Assembly (NCBI GenBank): GCA_037446135.1
Contig: JBBIJD010000003.1
Location: 4,790-53,314, forward strand
From: Candidatus Fraserbacteria bacterium
GTDB lineage: Bacteria > Bipolaricaulota > Bipolaricaulia > RBG-16-55-9 > JANLFV01
DNA length: 48,525 nt
Direction: 5' to 3'
Part shown: in pieces, positions 28,395 to 36,706 of the stretch
How the letters are laid out: every line of letters starts with the position of its first letter
Numbering within the stretch: position 1 is the stretch's first letter
The notes under the pieces: generated by a model
The model's input: only the letters and a program-made list of their open reading frames with translations
What the model was told of the DNA's origin: nothing
The model's database searches: none
Position numbers and translations under genes: made by a program

Positions 28395-29870
28395 ATGATC
28401 GACCTTTCCATCAATGAGGAGCAGTTGCGTCGCACAGTAAAGCGAGCTCGGGAGAGGGGGATCATCATCCCCACCTTCGCTCAGATGCGGGACCCCGAGC
28501 TGATCCCTGGAAAGATTAAAGAAAAGTTAAAGGGGATCGGGCTCTGGGACCTCCATCCATTGAACCTCTTCCGGATCACCTGGAAGAACGAGCCAGTGAA
28601 GCAGGGCGGGCTCTTCAATGGCGTCAATTACCTGGAGATCCCCGAAGAGCTTACAGGTGTCGAGGCCCGGATCATCGCTTTGGCGGGGAAGTGGTTCCCT
28701 ACTGGCTCGCACAAGGTCGGGGCCACCTTCGGCTGCCTCGTCCCGCGGCTCGTGACCGGCCAATTCGATCCGACCTACCAGAAGGCTGTCTGGCCCTCGA
28801 CGGGAAACTATTGCCGCGGCGGGGCCTATAATGCCTATCTTCTAGGCTGCGATTCGATCGCGATCCTCCCCGAGGGGATGTCCCGCGAAAGGTTCGAGTG
28901 GCTCTCCCGGGTCGCTGGGGAGGTGATCGCCACTCCCGGGACGGAGTCGAATGTCTGGGAGATCTTTCAGAAGTGCAAGGAGCTAAGGCAGACCCGTAAG
29001 GATGTGGTGATCTTCAACCAGTTCGATGAGCTAGGGAACCACCTCTGGCATTATGCCGTCACCGGGCCGGCGATGGAGGAGGTCCTCCGGAACGAGCTCG
29101 CAGGCGATGATGAAAGGCGGTATGCCGGGGTAGTCCTCTCCTCCGGCTCTTCCGGGACCTTGGGATGCGCTGACTATCTGAAGGAGCGGTATCCCGCGAG
29201 CAAGTTGGCCGTGGGGGAGGCCCTCCAGTGCCCGACCTTACTTTATAACGGCTTCGGGAGCCACAGGATCGAGGGGATCGGGGACAAGCATGTCCCCTGG
29301 ATCCACAATGTCCGGAATACTGATATGGTCATCGCCATCGACGATGAGCACTGCATCCAACTTCTCCGCCTCTTCAATGAGCCTCAGGGCCAGGAGTATC
29401 TTGTGGAGCAGGGCCTCCCCGAGGACTTCATCTCCCAGCTCTCGCTTTTAGGGATCTCCTCGGTGGGGAACCTCCTTGCGGCGATCAAGTTCGCCAAGTA
29501 TTATGAGCTCACTAGGAAAGATCTGGTCCTTACAGTCTTCACAGACTCGATAGAGCTCTACGAGTCCCGGCTCCGCGAGCTGAGGGAGCAGCAAGGCCCT
29601 TACACAAGGGAAAAGGCGGCGATCGCCTACCACCGGTATCTCTTGGCTCAAGGGACCGAGCACATGCTCGAGCTCTCCTACTATGACCGGAGGCGGATCC
29701 ATAACCTGAAATACTTCACCTGGGTCGAGCAGATGGGAAGGTCCGCCGAGGAGTTAGAAGCCCAATGGTATGACTTTCCTGGCTACTGGGACCGGGTTCA
29801 CCGCCAAGCCGAGGAGATCGACCGATTGATCGCAGAATTCAACGAGCGGACGGGCCTGCTCAAGGATTAA
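28395..29870 (+). CDS. Fold-type II PLP-dependent enzyme (cysteine synthase/Trp synthase beta-like), substrate unknown
   Basis: FPTGSHKVG (PLP Lys), PSTGNYCRGG, NQF, HRIEGIGDKH. Confidence 0.85.
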   Translation: MIDLSINEEQLRRTVKRARERGIIIPTFAQMRDPELIPGKIKEKLKGIGLWDLHPLNLFRITWKNEPVKQGGLFNGVNYLEIPEELTGVEARIIALAGKWFPTGSHKVGATFGCLVPRLVTGQFDPTYQKAVWPSTGNYCRGGAYNAYLLGCDSIAILPEGMSRERFEWLSRVAGEVIATPGTESNVWEIFQKCKELRQTRKDVVIFNQFDELGNHLWHYAVTGPAMEEVLRNELAGDDERRYAGVVLSSGSSGTLGCADYLKERYPASKLAVGEALQCPTLLYNGFGSHRIEGIGDKHVPWIHNVRNTDMVIAIDDEHCIQLLRLFNEPQGQEYLVEQGLPEDFISQLSLLGISSVGNLLAAIKFAKYYELTRKDLVLTVFTDSIELYESRLRELREQQGPYTREKAAIAYHRYLLAQGTEHMLELSYYDRRRIHNLKYFTWVEQMGRSAEELEAQWYDFPGYWDRVHRQAEEIDRLIAEFNERTGLLKD

Positions 29871-29873
29871 GGG

Positions 29874-29901
29874 TTGACAAGCGGAAGGCATAGCATATAA
29901 T
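29874..29901 (+). promoter_or_regulatory. Consensus sigma70 promoter for arcC and the carbamoyltransferases
   Basis: TTGACA-16 nt-TATAAT. Confidence 0.85.
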
Positions 29902-29937
29902 TGAGTCCTCTATCCAGCGACCGAGGAGTGACCACAA

Positions 29938-30888
29938 TTGGAGAAGGAGTTGGTCGTCGTCGCTTTAGGGGGGAACGCCATCCTCCAGCCGGGGCAGCGG
30001 GGGACCTTCGAGGAGCAGATGGCCAATGTCCGGATCACCTGCGAGCAGTTGGCCGAGATGGTGGTCTCCGGGCGGTATAAGCTTGTCATCACCCACGGGA
30101 ATGGGCCACAGGTGGGGAACATCCTCTTGCAGAACGAGCTGGCCAGGGAGGTGGCCGCCCCGATGCCTCTTGATGTCTGTGGCGCGGAGAGCCAGGGGTT
30201 GATTGGCTATATGATCCAGCAGACATTGCATAATATCCTGGCCGAGCGGGGTCATGGGGAGATCCCGATCGCCACGATCGTGACCCAAGTCATTGTGGAC
30301 AAAGATGACCCAGCCTTCCGGAACCCCAGCAAGCCCGTCGGGCCGTTCTACAGTGAGACTGAAGCCAAGCGCTCGGCTGCGGAGAAGGGCTATCATGTGA
30401 AAGAGGACGCCGGCCGGGGCTGGCGGAGGGTGGTCCCCTCCCCAGATCCCAAGGCCATCGTGGAGAAGGAAGCGATCCGGACCCTCTTAGAGAACCGGGC
30501 GATCGTCATCGCCTCCGGCGGCGGCGGGATCCCCGTGATCCGCGAGGGCGGACGCCTCATAGGTGTTGAGGCCGTTATTGACAAGGACTTAGCGGGCGAG
30601 CGGCTAGCAGTCGATGTCGGGGCCCAGACCTTTCTCATCCTCACCGATGTTGAACAGGTGAAATTGCACTATAAGACCCCCAAGGAGCGGCCCATCTCGC
30701 ACATGACCCTCGAGGAGGCCAAGCGCTACCATGCCGAGGGGCACTTCGCCCCCGGCTCGATGGAGCCCAAAGTCCGGGCGGCAATCCGGTTCATCGAGTC
30801 AGGCGGGAGGAGGGCGATCATCACCTCTTTGGGGAAGGCCCTCTTGGCCTTGGAAGGCCGGGCCGGGACGACGATCACCAAGGACTGA
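29938..30888 (+). CDS. arcC: Carbamate kinase
   Basis: [56 protein letters not shown]; TTG start with GAGGAG RBS. Confidence 0.96.
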   Translation: MEKELVVVALGGNAILQPGQRGTFEEQMANVRITCEQLAEMVVSGRYKLVITHGNGPQVGNILLQNELAREVAAPMPLDVCGAESQGLIGYMIQQTLHNILAERGHGEIPIATIVTQVIVDKDDPAFRNPSKPVGPFYSETEAKRSAAEKGYHVKEDAGRGWRRVVPSPDPKAIVEKEAIRTLLENRAIVIASGGGGIPVIREGGRLIGVEAVIDKDLAGERLAVDVGAQTFLILTDVEQVKLHYKTPKERPISHMTLEEAKRYHAEGHFAPGSMEPKVRAAIRFIESGGRRAIITSLGKALLALEGRAGTTITKD

Positions 30889-30907
30889 ATCTAGAGGAGG
30901 GATGACC

Positions 30908-31939
30908 ATGTCCAATACCACGCTCCGAGGGCGGGATTTCATTACACTGATGGAGTTCACTCGCGACGAGCTCGAGGCGATCCTCGAGGCGGCCCACGAC
31001 CTCAAGCGGAAGTTCATCCGCAAGGAGCCCCATAAGCTCCTGGAGGGGAAGACCCTCTTCATGCTCTTCTACAATGTCTCCTTGCGGACCAGGAACTCCT
31101 TCGAGGCGGGGATGACCCAGCTCGGGGGCCATGCCCACTTCCTCCAGCCGGGGGCGGTCTATACCCCGGCCTTAAAGGGAGAGGAGCAGGCCTACACCAC
31201 CGAGAGGATCAGCGATGTGGCGCGGGTCCTCGCCGAGATGGGAGATGCCATCGCCATCCGCATCTACGGGAAGCATACCGGCTGGCTCTACGGGAAGGGG
31301 GACCGGATCGTGAGGGAGTTCGCCGAATGGTCGAGAGTCCCGGTGATCAACATGGAGGACGACATGTATCACCCCTGCCAGGCCCTGGCCGATGTGATGA
31401 CGATGCAGGAGAAGCTCGGTGACCTGCGGGGGAAGAAGTTCGTGATGAGCTGGGCCTACTCCGGCTCGGTGGAGAAGCCCCTAGCCGTCCCCCAATCGGC
31501 CATCATCGGGGCCTCGTTCTTCGGGATGGAGATCGTGCTCGCCCATCCGAAGGGGCTCGAGCTCGATCCGAATGTCCTCAACTTTGTGAAGAAGAATGTG
31601 AAGAAGTTCGGGGGCTCGTTCAAGGTCGTCCACGACATGGACGAGGCCTTCAAGGACGCGGATGTGGTCTACCCCAAGGCCTGGACGGCCCAGCCGACGG
31701 ACGGGAGGACCCCGGCCGACCTGGAGAAGGCCAAGGCGATCTTCGAGGCCAACCGCCACTGGATCACCACCGAGGAGAAGATGGCGCTCACCAACGATGC
31801 CTTGTATATGCACTGCCTCCCCGCCGATCGGGGCCAGGAGGTGACCGACGAGGTGATCGACGGCCCGAATTCTGTAATTGTCGAGCAGGCCGCGAACCGC
31901 CTCCATGCCCAGAAGGGCCTGATGGCCCTGATCATGTAA
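30908..31939 (+). CDS. Knotted-type (YgeW/AOTCase-like) carbamoyltransferase 1
   Basis: SLRTR, HPCQ, SWAYSGSVEKPLAVPQS, HCLPADRG, QAANRLH; start ATG 30908 after GGAGG. Confidence 0.85.
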   Translation: MSNTTLRGRDFITLMEFTRDELEAILEAAHDLKRKFIRKEPHKLLEGKTLFMLFYNVSLRTRNSFEAGMTQLGGHAHFLQPGAVYTPALKGEEQAYTTERISDVARVLAEMGDAIAIRIYGKHTGWLYGKGDRIVREFAEWSRVPVINMEDDMYHPCQALADVMTMQEKLGDLRGKKFVMSWAYSGSVEKPLAVPQSAIIGASFFGMEIVLAHPKGLELDPNVLNFVKKNVKKFGGSFKVVHDMDEAFKDADVVYPKAWTAQPTDGRTPADLEKAKAIFEANRHWITTEEKMALTNDALYMHCLPADRGQEVTDEVIDGPNSVIVEQAANRLHAQKGLMALIM

Positions 31940-31945
31940 GTAAGT

Positions 31946-31982
31946 CTCCTCTCCCCTCGTGGGAGAGGGCCGGGGTGAGGGG
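31946..31982. repeat. REP-like palindromic element
   Basis: CTCCTCTCCCCTCGTGGGAGAGGGCCGGGGTGAGGGG: hairpin CCTCTCCC/GGGAGAGG plus GGGGTGAGGGG tail, as in the CCCCTCACCCnnnCCTCTCCC intergenic repeat type. Confidence 0.65.
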
Positions 31983-31997
31983 AATCCGAAGGAGGAA

Positions 31998-33029
31998 ATG
32001 ATGGGCTGGTTCGAGCTCCAAGGGAAGGATCTCATCAGCACCAAGGACTGGACCAAGGAGGAGCTGGAGGTCGCCCTCAAGGTGGCCGATCAGCTCAAGT
32101 CCATGTATTATTCTGGCCTGCCGCACCATTGCCTCCAGGACAAGACCTTTCTCATGCTCTTCTTCAACACCTCCACGAGGACCAGGCTCTCTTTCGAGAG
32201 CGCGATGACCCAGCTCGGCGGCCATGCCCAGTTCATCGCCGCCACGGATCTTCGGCTCTCGCTGGAGGATAAGCCCGGGGCGGGGGAGACGATCAAGGAT
32301 ACAGCCAAGGTCATGGCCCGCTATGCCCATGGGATCGGGATCAGGCTCCTCGAGGATAAGGTCTCCCGATATGGGGAGGGGACTGAGATCATGTATAAGT
32401 TTGCGGAGCACGCCGAAATACCAGTGATCAATATGGCTTCAGACATCTGGCACCCCTGCCAGGCCCTCACAGATCTTTACACCATGAGGGAGAAGCTCGG
32501 GCCGGACCTGCGAGGGGTAAAGTTTGTGGTGATGTGGGCCTACTCCCCCTGGGTCCGGTCCTGGGGCTCGGTCCAGGAGGACCTCGTCCTGGCCGCGCGG
32601 TTCGGGCTCGAGGTGATCCTGGCTCACCCTAAGGGGTACGAACTCGACCCTGAGGTGCTAAGCCTGGCCAAGAGGTATGCCAGGGAGAGCGGCGGCAAAT
32701 TCGAGGTAACGAGCGAATTGGATGAGGCCCTCAAAGGGGCGACGATCGTCTTCCCTCGGGGCTGGATGAGCCCCCGCCGCTATGAGATCGGTAAGGAAGC
32801 GGAGATCGAGCTGGCGGGGAAGTTCAAGGACTGGAAGTATACCCGGAAGCGACAGAAGGAGCTGGCCGAGCCGGGCTACCTCATGCATGTGATGCCGATC
32901 GATCGGGGGAATGAGGCCGAAGATGAGCTATGCGACGACCCTGATCTCTCCTGGATCTATGACCAGGCGGAGAACCGCCTCCACCTCCAGAAGGCTGTCT
33001 TGGCCCTGACCATGGGCGGGAGGCTCTAG
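31998..33029 (+). CDS. Knotted-type carbamoyltransferase 2 (divergent substrate loops)
   Basis: STRTR, HPCQ, WAYSPWVRSWGSVQE, HVMPIDRG in place of HCLP, QAENRLH; start ATG 31998 after GGAGG. Confidence 0.85.
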   Translation: MMGWFELQGKDLISTKDWTKEELEVALKVADQLKSMYYSGLPHHCLQDKTFLMLFFNTSTRTRLSFESAMTQLGGHAQFIAATDLRLSLEDKPGAGETIKDTAKVMARYAHGIGIRLLEDKVSRYGEGTEIMYKFAEHAEIPVINMASDIWHPCQALTDLYTMREKLGPDLRGVKFVVMWAYSPWVRSWGSVQEDLVLAARFGLEVILAHPKGYELDPEVLSLAKRYARESGGKFEVTSELDEALKGATIVFPRGWMSPRRYEIGKEAEIELAGKFKDWKYTRKRQKELAEPGYLMHVMPIDRGNEAEDELCDDPDLSWIYDQAENRLHLQKAVLALTMGGRL

Positions 33030-33054
33030 CTAGACTAGACCAGACAGGACAGGC

Positions 33055-34077
33055 TTAGGCCAACTCCAGCATCCGTTCGATCGCCAGTCGGGCCTTCTTG
33101 GCTATCCTTTGTGGGACCTTCACCTCATAGATCTCCTCTTGGAGGGATCTTAGGACCTTCTCTAAGGTGATCATCTTCATATATCTGCAGATCGCTCCTT
33201 CATCGACCGGATAGAATACTTTGCCGGGCGCTTCCTTCTTCATCCGATGGAGTATGCCCACTTCCGTAGCGATAATAAACTCCTTGGCCGGCGATCGGCA
33301 GACATGCCTGATCATCCCCTCGGTCGAGTAGATATAGGTTCTTCCGCCTATAGCCCCTGAAGCCAGATAATACATGCATGTCGAGACACAGCCACACTCG
33401 GGATGGACCATCATCTCGGCTTCAGGATGGATCTGACGGATATTAGTGATGTGCTCAGGGCGGATCCCGGCATGCACATGGCACTCTCCCGGCCAGAGGT
33501 GCATCTTCCGGCCCGTAACCGCTTCCAGATAAGCCCCGAGGAACATATCCGGCAGGAATAAGATCTCCTTATCCGGCGGGATCGAGTTGATCACCTTCAC
33601 CGCGTTTGAGGAAGTGCAGCAGTAATCACTTTCGGCCTTGACCTCGGCCGTCGTGTTCACATAGGAGACAACGACCGCGTTCGGGTATTGAGCCTTCCAT
33701 TCCCTGAGTTGGTTGGCATCAATGGTAGAGGCCAATGAACAACCGGCCTCTAAATCGGGGAGCAAGACCCTCTTATCCGGGCAGATGATCGAGGCCGTCT
33801 CGGCCATAAAATGCACTCCGCAGAAGATGATCATCCTTGCGTCCGTCCTTGCTGCCGCTTGTGAGAGCCCTAAAGAGTCACCCACAAAGTCTGCGATATC
33901 CTGCACCTCCGGCATCTGATAGTTATGAGCGAGGATGATGGCGTTCTTCTCCTGTTTCAGCCTTTGGATCTCTTCGAGGATCTCAGCGCGGCCCTCAATA
34001 GCGGCCGCCTTGGAGGATTGTATAGGCGCCCCTGTGGAGGGGTTAATATCGGCATCGATCACTTCTTGCAAGAGCAT
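33055..34077 (-). CDS. nadA: Quinolinate synthase
   Basis: ILAHNYQ, GDSLGLS, FCGVHFMAE, AGCSLA, YVNTTA, CTSSNA, CHVH, HPEC, CRYMK. Confidence 0.97.
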   Translation of the reverse strand: MLLQEVIDADINPSTGAPIQSSKAAAIEGRAEILEEIQRLKQEKNAIILAHNYQMPEVQDIADFVGDSLGLSQAAARTDARMIIFCGVHFMAETASIICPDKRVLLPDLEAGCSLASTIDANQLREWKAQYPNAVVVSYVNTTAEVKAESDYCCTSSNAVKVINSIPPDKEILFLPDMFLGAYLEAVTGRKMHLWPGECHVHAGIRPEHITNIRQIHPEAEMMVHPECGCVSTCMYYLASGAIGGRTYIYSTEGMIRHVCRSPAKEFIIATEVGILHRMKKEAPGKVFYPVDEGAICRYMKMITLEKVLRSLQEEIYEVKVPQRIAKKARLAIERMLELA

Positions 34078-34345
34078 ACACCTCCAAAACCCTTCCTAGC
34101 TCGGGATCGAGCGGCTAAGTTCATTATAACAAACCCCCTCTGCCCGATCGAGCCGCTTGCTATAAGCTTATGGCCGTCGCCTCGAAGGGGAGGTCTAGCG
34201 CCTGCTCTAGCCCAGCCAGCCCCGGGAGCTTAGCTTGCCCAGCATTCGTCCCGCTATTAACTTCCCATTCATCTTCATCCCGCAGAACTCACTGCCCGCT
34301 GACCTCGGTCCGAATTCGTTGGCCCCGGCCTTTGAAGCCCCGCCC

Positions 34346-34385
34346 TTGACGGCCGGTAATTTTCCGTTATAATATTACAAGTAAC
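34346..34385 (+). promoter_or_regulatory. Promoter with candidate operator repeats for the RHH-peptide operon
   Basis: TTGACG-16 nt-TATAAT, with GTAAT, GTTAT, ATTAC and GTAAC pentamers around the -10. Confidence 0.7.
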
Positions 34386-34396
34386 AAAGGAGGCGT

Positions 34397-34753
34397 ATGG
34401 CTGGGGAGCGGAAGAGGCCCAGGATAAGAGGAGAAGAGGGGGAGAGATCTGCCCCTGAGGCCTATTTCTGCTGCGCCTCCGGGGATGACCTTGCTGAAGC
34501 TATCAAGCAGGCGCTCTCCAATCGCGAGCAGGTGGTCATGGTCAGAGTGAGTAATGAGATCTTAAACCATCTGGACATGCTGGTGGACTCCGGGATCTGC
34601 CGGAGCCGCTCCAGCGCGGCCACCTTCATGATTCGCGAGGGGATCAAGGCCAACCAACCACTCTTTGCGCGCATCTCTGAGGCAGCGGAGCAGATCGCGG
34701 CCTTGAGAGCAAAGCTTAAGAGCCTGATAGGGGTCCCTGAGCAAGAGGAGTGA
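34397..34753 (+). CDS. Ribbon-helix-helix (CopG-like) regulator with CC motif and C-terminal coiled coil
   Basis: VVMVRVSNEILNHLDMLVDSGICRSRSSAATFMIREGI fits the RHH pattern; AAGGAGG RBS. Confidence 0.75.
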   Translation: MAGERKRPRIRGEEGERSAPEAYFCCASGDDLAEAIKQALSNREQVVMVRVSNEILNHLDMLVDSGICRSRSSAATFMIREGIKANQPLFARISEAAEQIAALRAKLKSLIGVPEQEE

Positions 34754-34770
34754 GGTGAGGAAGGAGGTGA

Positions 34771-35013
34771 ATGCCAATGGCAGCCGAGGCTTCTTGTGAG
34801 GCCTATGATCGCCGCGCCTTCCTGCGCCGACTGGGGCAGGGCGTGACGGTTATGCTGCTGGGCCTAGCAGGGATGGCCGGGGTAGCGCGCTCTCGCTCTG
34901 CCCAAGAGCCCGAAGTGCTCTGCATGAGCCGAGCAGAGTATGAGCGGCTCGTGGCTGAGGGCAGACTGCCCCAAGCCGGATGCAAGTGCTGCTGCCCCGA
35001 TGGTTGTTGTTAG
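34771..35013 (+). CDS. Small Tat-signal, Cys-rich peptide (80 aa)
   Basis: AGGAGGTG RBS; DRRAFL twin-arginine motif, hydrophobic region, C-terminal CKCCCPDGCC; followed by a hairpin. Confidence 0.75.
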   Translation: MPMAAEASCEAYDRRAFLRRLGQGVTVMLLGLAGMAGVARSRSAQEPEVLCMSRAEYERLVAEGRLPQAGCKCCCPDGCC

Positions 35014-35033
35014 GTTCCAGTAGTCTCCGCTAG

Positions 35034-35075
35034 GGAGGCCCCGTGCCCAGCTCAGGCACGGGGCCTCCTCAGTTT
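35034..35075 (+). terminator. Hairpin/terminator after the peptide gene
   Basis: 14-bp stem GGAGGCCCCGTGCC/GGCACGGGGCCTCC, followed by TCAGTTT. Confidence 0.65.
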
Positions 35076-35112
35076 GAGGGCTAAATTCCAAGGAGGCTCA
35101 GGCTCTAGTAGG

Positions 35113-35143
35113 CCGGGCGGGGCCGCCCCGCCCGGGCTTCTTT
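35113..35143. terminator. Second GC hairpin between convergent genes
   Basis: CCGGGCGGGG-CCG-CCCCGCCCGG then GCTTCTTT. Confidence 0.5.
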
Positions 35144-35173
35144 GAGGAAGCATTCGCTTCGATGAGCTTGCTC

Positions 35174-36616
35174 CTACTGCAGCGGTGACCGGCTCTCAGC
35201 CGCTACCTCCCATCCCTGCCCCTGGAGCCATCTTAAGAAGTCGATATTGAGGGCCTTCCATCTCTTCAGTAGCCGATGGCCGTAGAAGACGAAGAAGGAG
35301 TTGCGGAACTCCCCTTTGAGGGCCGCACCGATCCCCCGCCAGAAGGAGTAGAACCGGGGCATCGCCTCTAGAGTGACCGCCGCTTGGAGCTGCCAAGGGC
35401 TCAGTAATTTCGGGCGGAAGACTACATGGTGGCCGTCGAATAACTCCCATCTGTGGGTGAAGATCCTCCCCTCAGCCTCCAACTCTTGGTAGGTCTCCGT
35501 CCCCGGCACTGGAGTGAGGATCAAGAACTGAACGGTATCGATCTGCATCGCGAGGGAGTAGCGGAGCGTCTCCCTGATCGTGGCCAGGGTATCGGTGTCG
35601 GCCCCTAGGACGAACATCCCGTGGACCTTGATCCCATAGCGATGGAGGACCTTGATCGCGCGGTCGATCTCCTCGACCGTCTGGGCCTTACGATAGCTCT
35701 TGAGCGTCTCAGGGTTGATCGACTCCAGCCCCAAGCAGAGGCGCACGCAGCCGCTCCGCTTCATCAGCTCCAACAGCTCAGTGTCCCGGACGACCTTCAC
35801 CCGCTCCTGGGCCGACCAGGGAGGAGTCAGCCCCTCCCGGAGCATCGCTTCCAGCAGTCTCTTCGTCCTCGCGGTATCTTCGGAGAAGTTGTCGTCGTAG
35901 AAGAACACATGGGCCCGGGGAGAACGGCGGTGGAGGAGGCGGAGCTCCTCCAGCACGCCCTCCACGCTGCGGGCCCGATACTTGCGGCCGAACATCTTCA
36001 CCACCGAGCAGAACTTGCAATTGTAAGGGCAGCCGCGCGAGGTCTGGATCGGGAGGACATTGATCCTTTCAGCCCCGGCGATCAGGGAGAGATCGGGGAA
36101 GGGGAGGCGGTCGAGGTCCTCGATGAGGGGCCGCCCTTGGTTGTGCTTGATCTCATCACCACTGCGGTAAGAGAGGCCTAGGATAGCAGAAGGCTCCCGC
36201 TCGCCCTCCTTGAGGGCCTCGGCTAACTCCACGAGCGTCTCCTCCCCCTCTCTGCGCACGACATAATCCGCGCCCGCCTCCAGGGCCTCCTCAGGGAGGA
36301 AGGTCACCTGCGGGCCGCCGAGGACGATGGGGATGCCGGGGGCTCGAGCCTTGATCTGTCGGATGAGCTCATAAGCTCGGGGCGCGGTGGGGGTGATGAC
36401 GGAGATCCCGACGAGATCCGCGCTCAAGACCCAAGACCAATCGAGCGGCGCGAGTTCCTCGCAGAAGATCCGCACGCTGTAACCCCGCCCCTTAAGGAGT
36501 GCCCCGAGCAGCGGGAGCCCCAGCCGGGGGAGCTTGTTGAGGCTGAAGATATGAAACCCCGGCGAGCGAGGTTCGATCAGAGCTACCTTCCCCTTAACTT
36601 GCCTTCTAGCCCTCAT
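35174..36616 (-). CDS. B12-binding domain radical SAM enzyme (class B methylase-like)
   Basis: LVGIS and LGGPQVT B12 domain, REGEET, TSRGCPYNCKFC, FYDDNF, GLES, LTPVPGT. Start uncertain. Confidence 0.92.
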   Translation of the reverse strand: MRARRQVKGKVALIEPRSPGFHIFSLNKLPRLGLPLLGALLKGRGYSVRIFCEELAPLDWSWVLSADLVGISVITPTAPRAYELIRQIKARAPGIPIVLGGPQVTFLPEEALEAGADYVVRREGEETLVELAEALKEGEREPSAILGLSYRSGDEIKHNQGRPLIEDLDRLPFPDLSLIAGAERINVLPIQTSRGCPYNCKFCSVVKMFGRKYRARSVEGVLEELRLLHRRSPRAHVFFYDDNFSEDTARTKRLLEAMLREGLTPPWSAQERVKVVRDTELLELMKRSGCVRLCLGLESINPETLKSYRKAQTVEEIDRAIKVLHRYGIKVHGMFVLGADTDTLATIRETLRYSLAMQIDTVQFLILTPVPGTETYQELEAEGRIFTHRWELFDGHHVVFRPKLLSPWQLQAAVTLEAMPRFYSFWRGIGAALKGEFRNSFFVFYGHRLLKRWKALNIDFLRWLQGQGWEVAAESRSPLQ

Positions 36617-36706
36617 TGTTTGGTCCAAGGGCGCGATCTATCTGAACAGGTCCTTCTCTCTCCCGCGAGATCTCCTGAGCAGAGTCCTCGGCAGGGGCGA
36701 ATTAAC

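Noticed and set aside
29938-33029. Arginine deiminase pathway (arcABC)
   Set aside because: No arcA or arcD here, and the transferases lack OTC SMG motifs and carry YgeW-type loops.
34078-34340. NAD+ riboswitch upstream of nadA
   Set aside because: The likely -10 leaves only ~40 nt of leader, and I could not recognise an aptamer; an Rfam scan would settle it.
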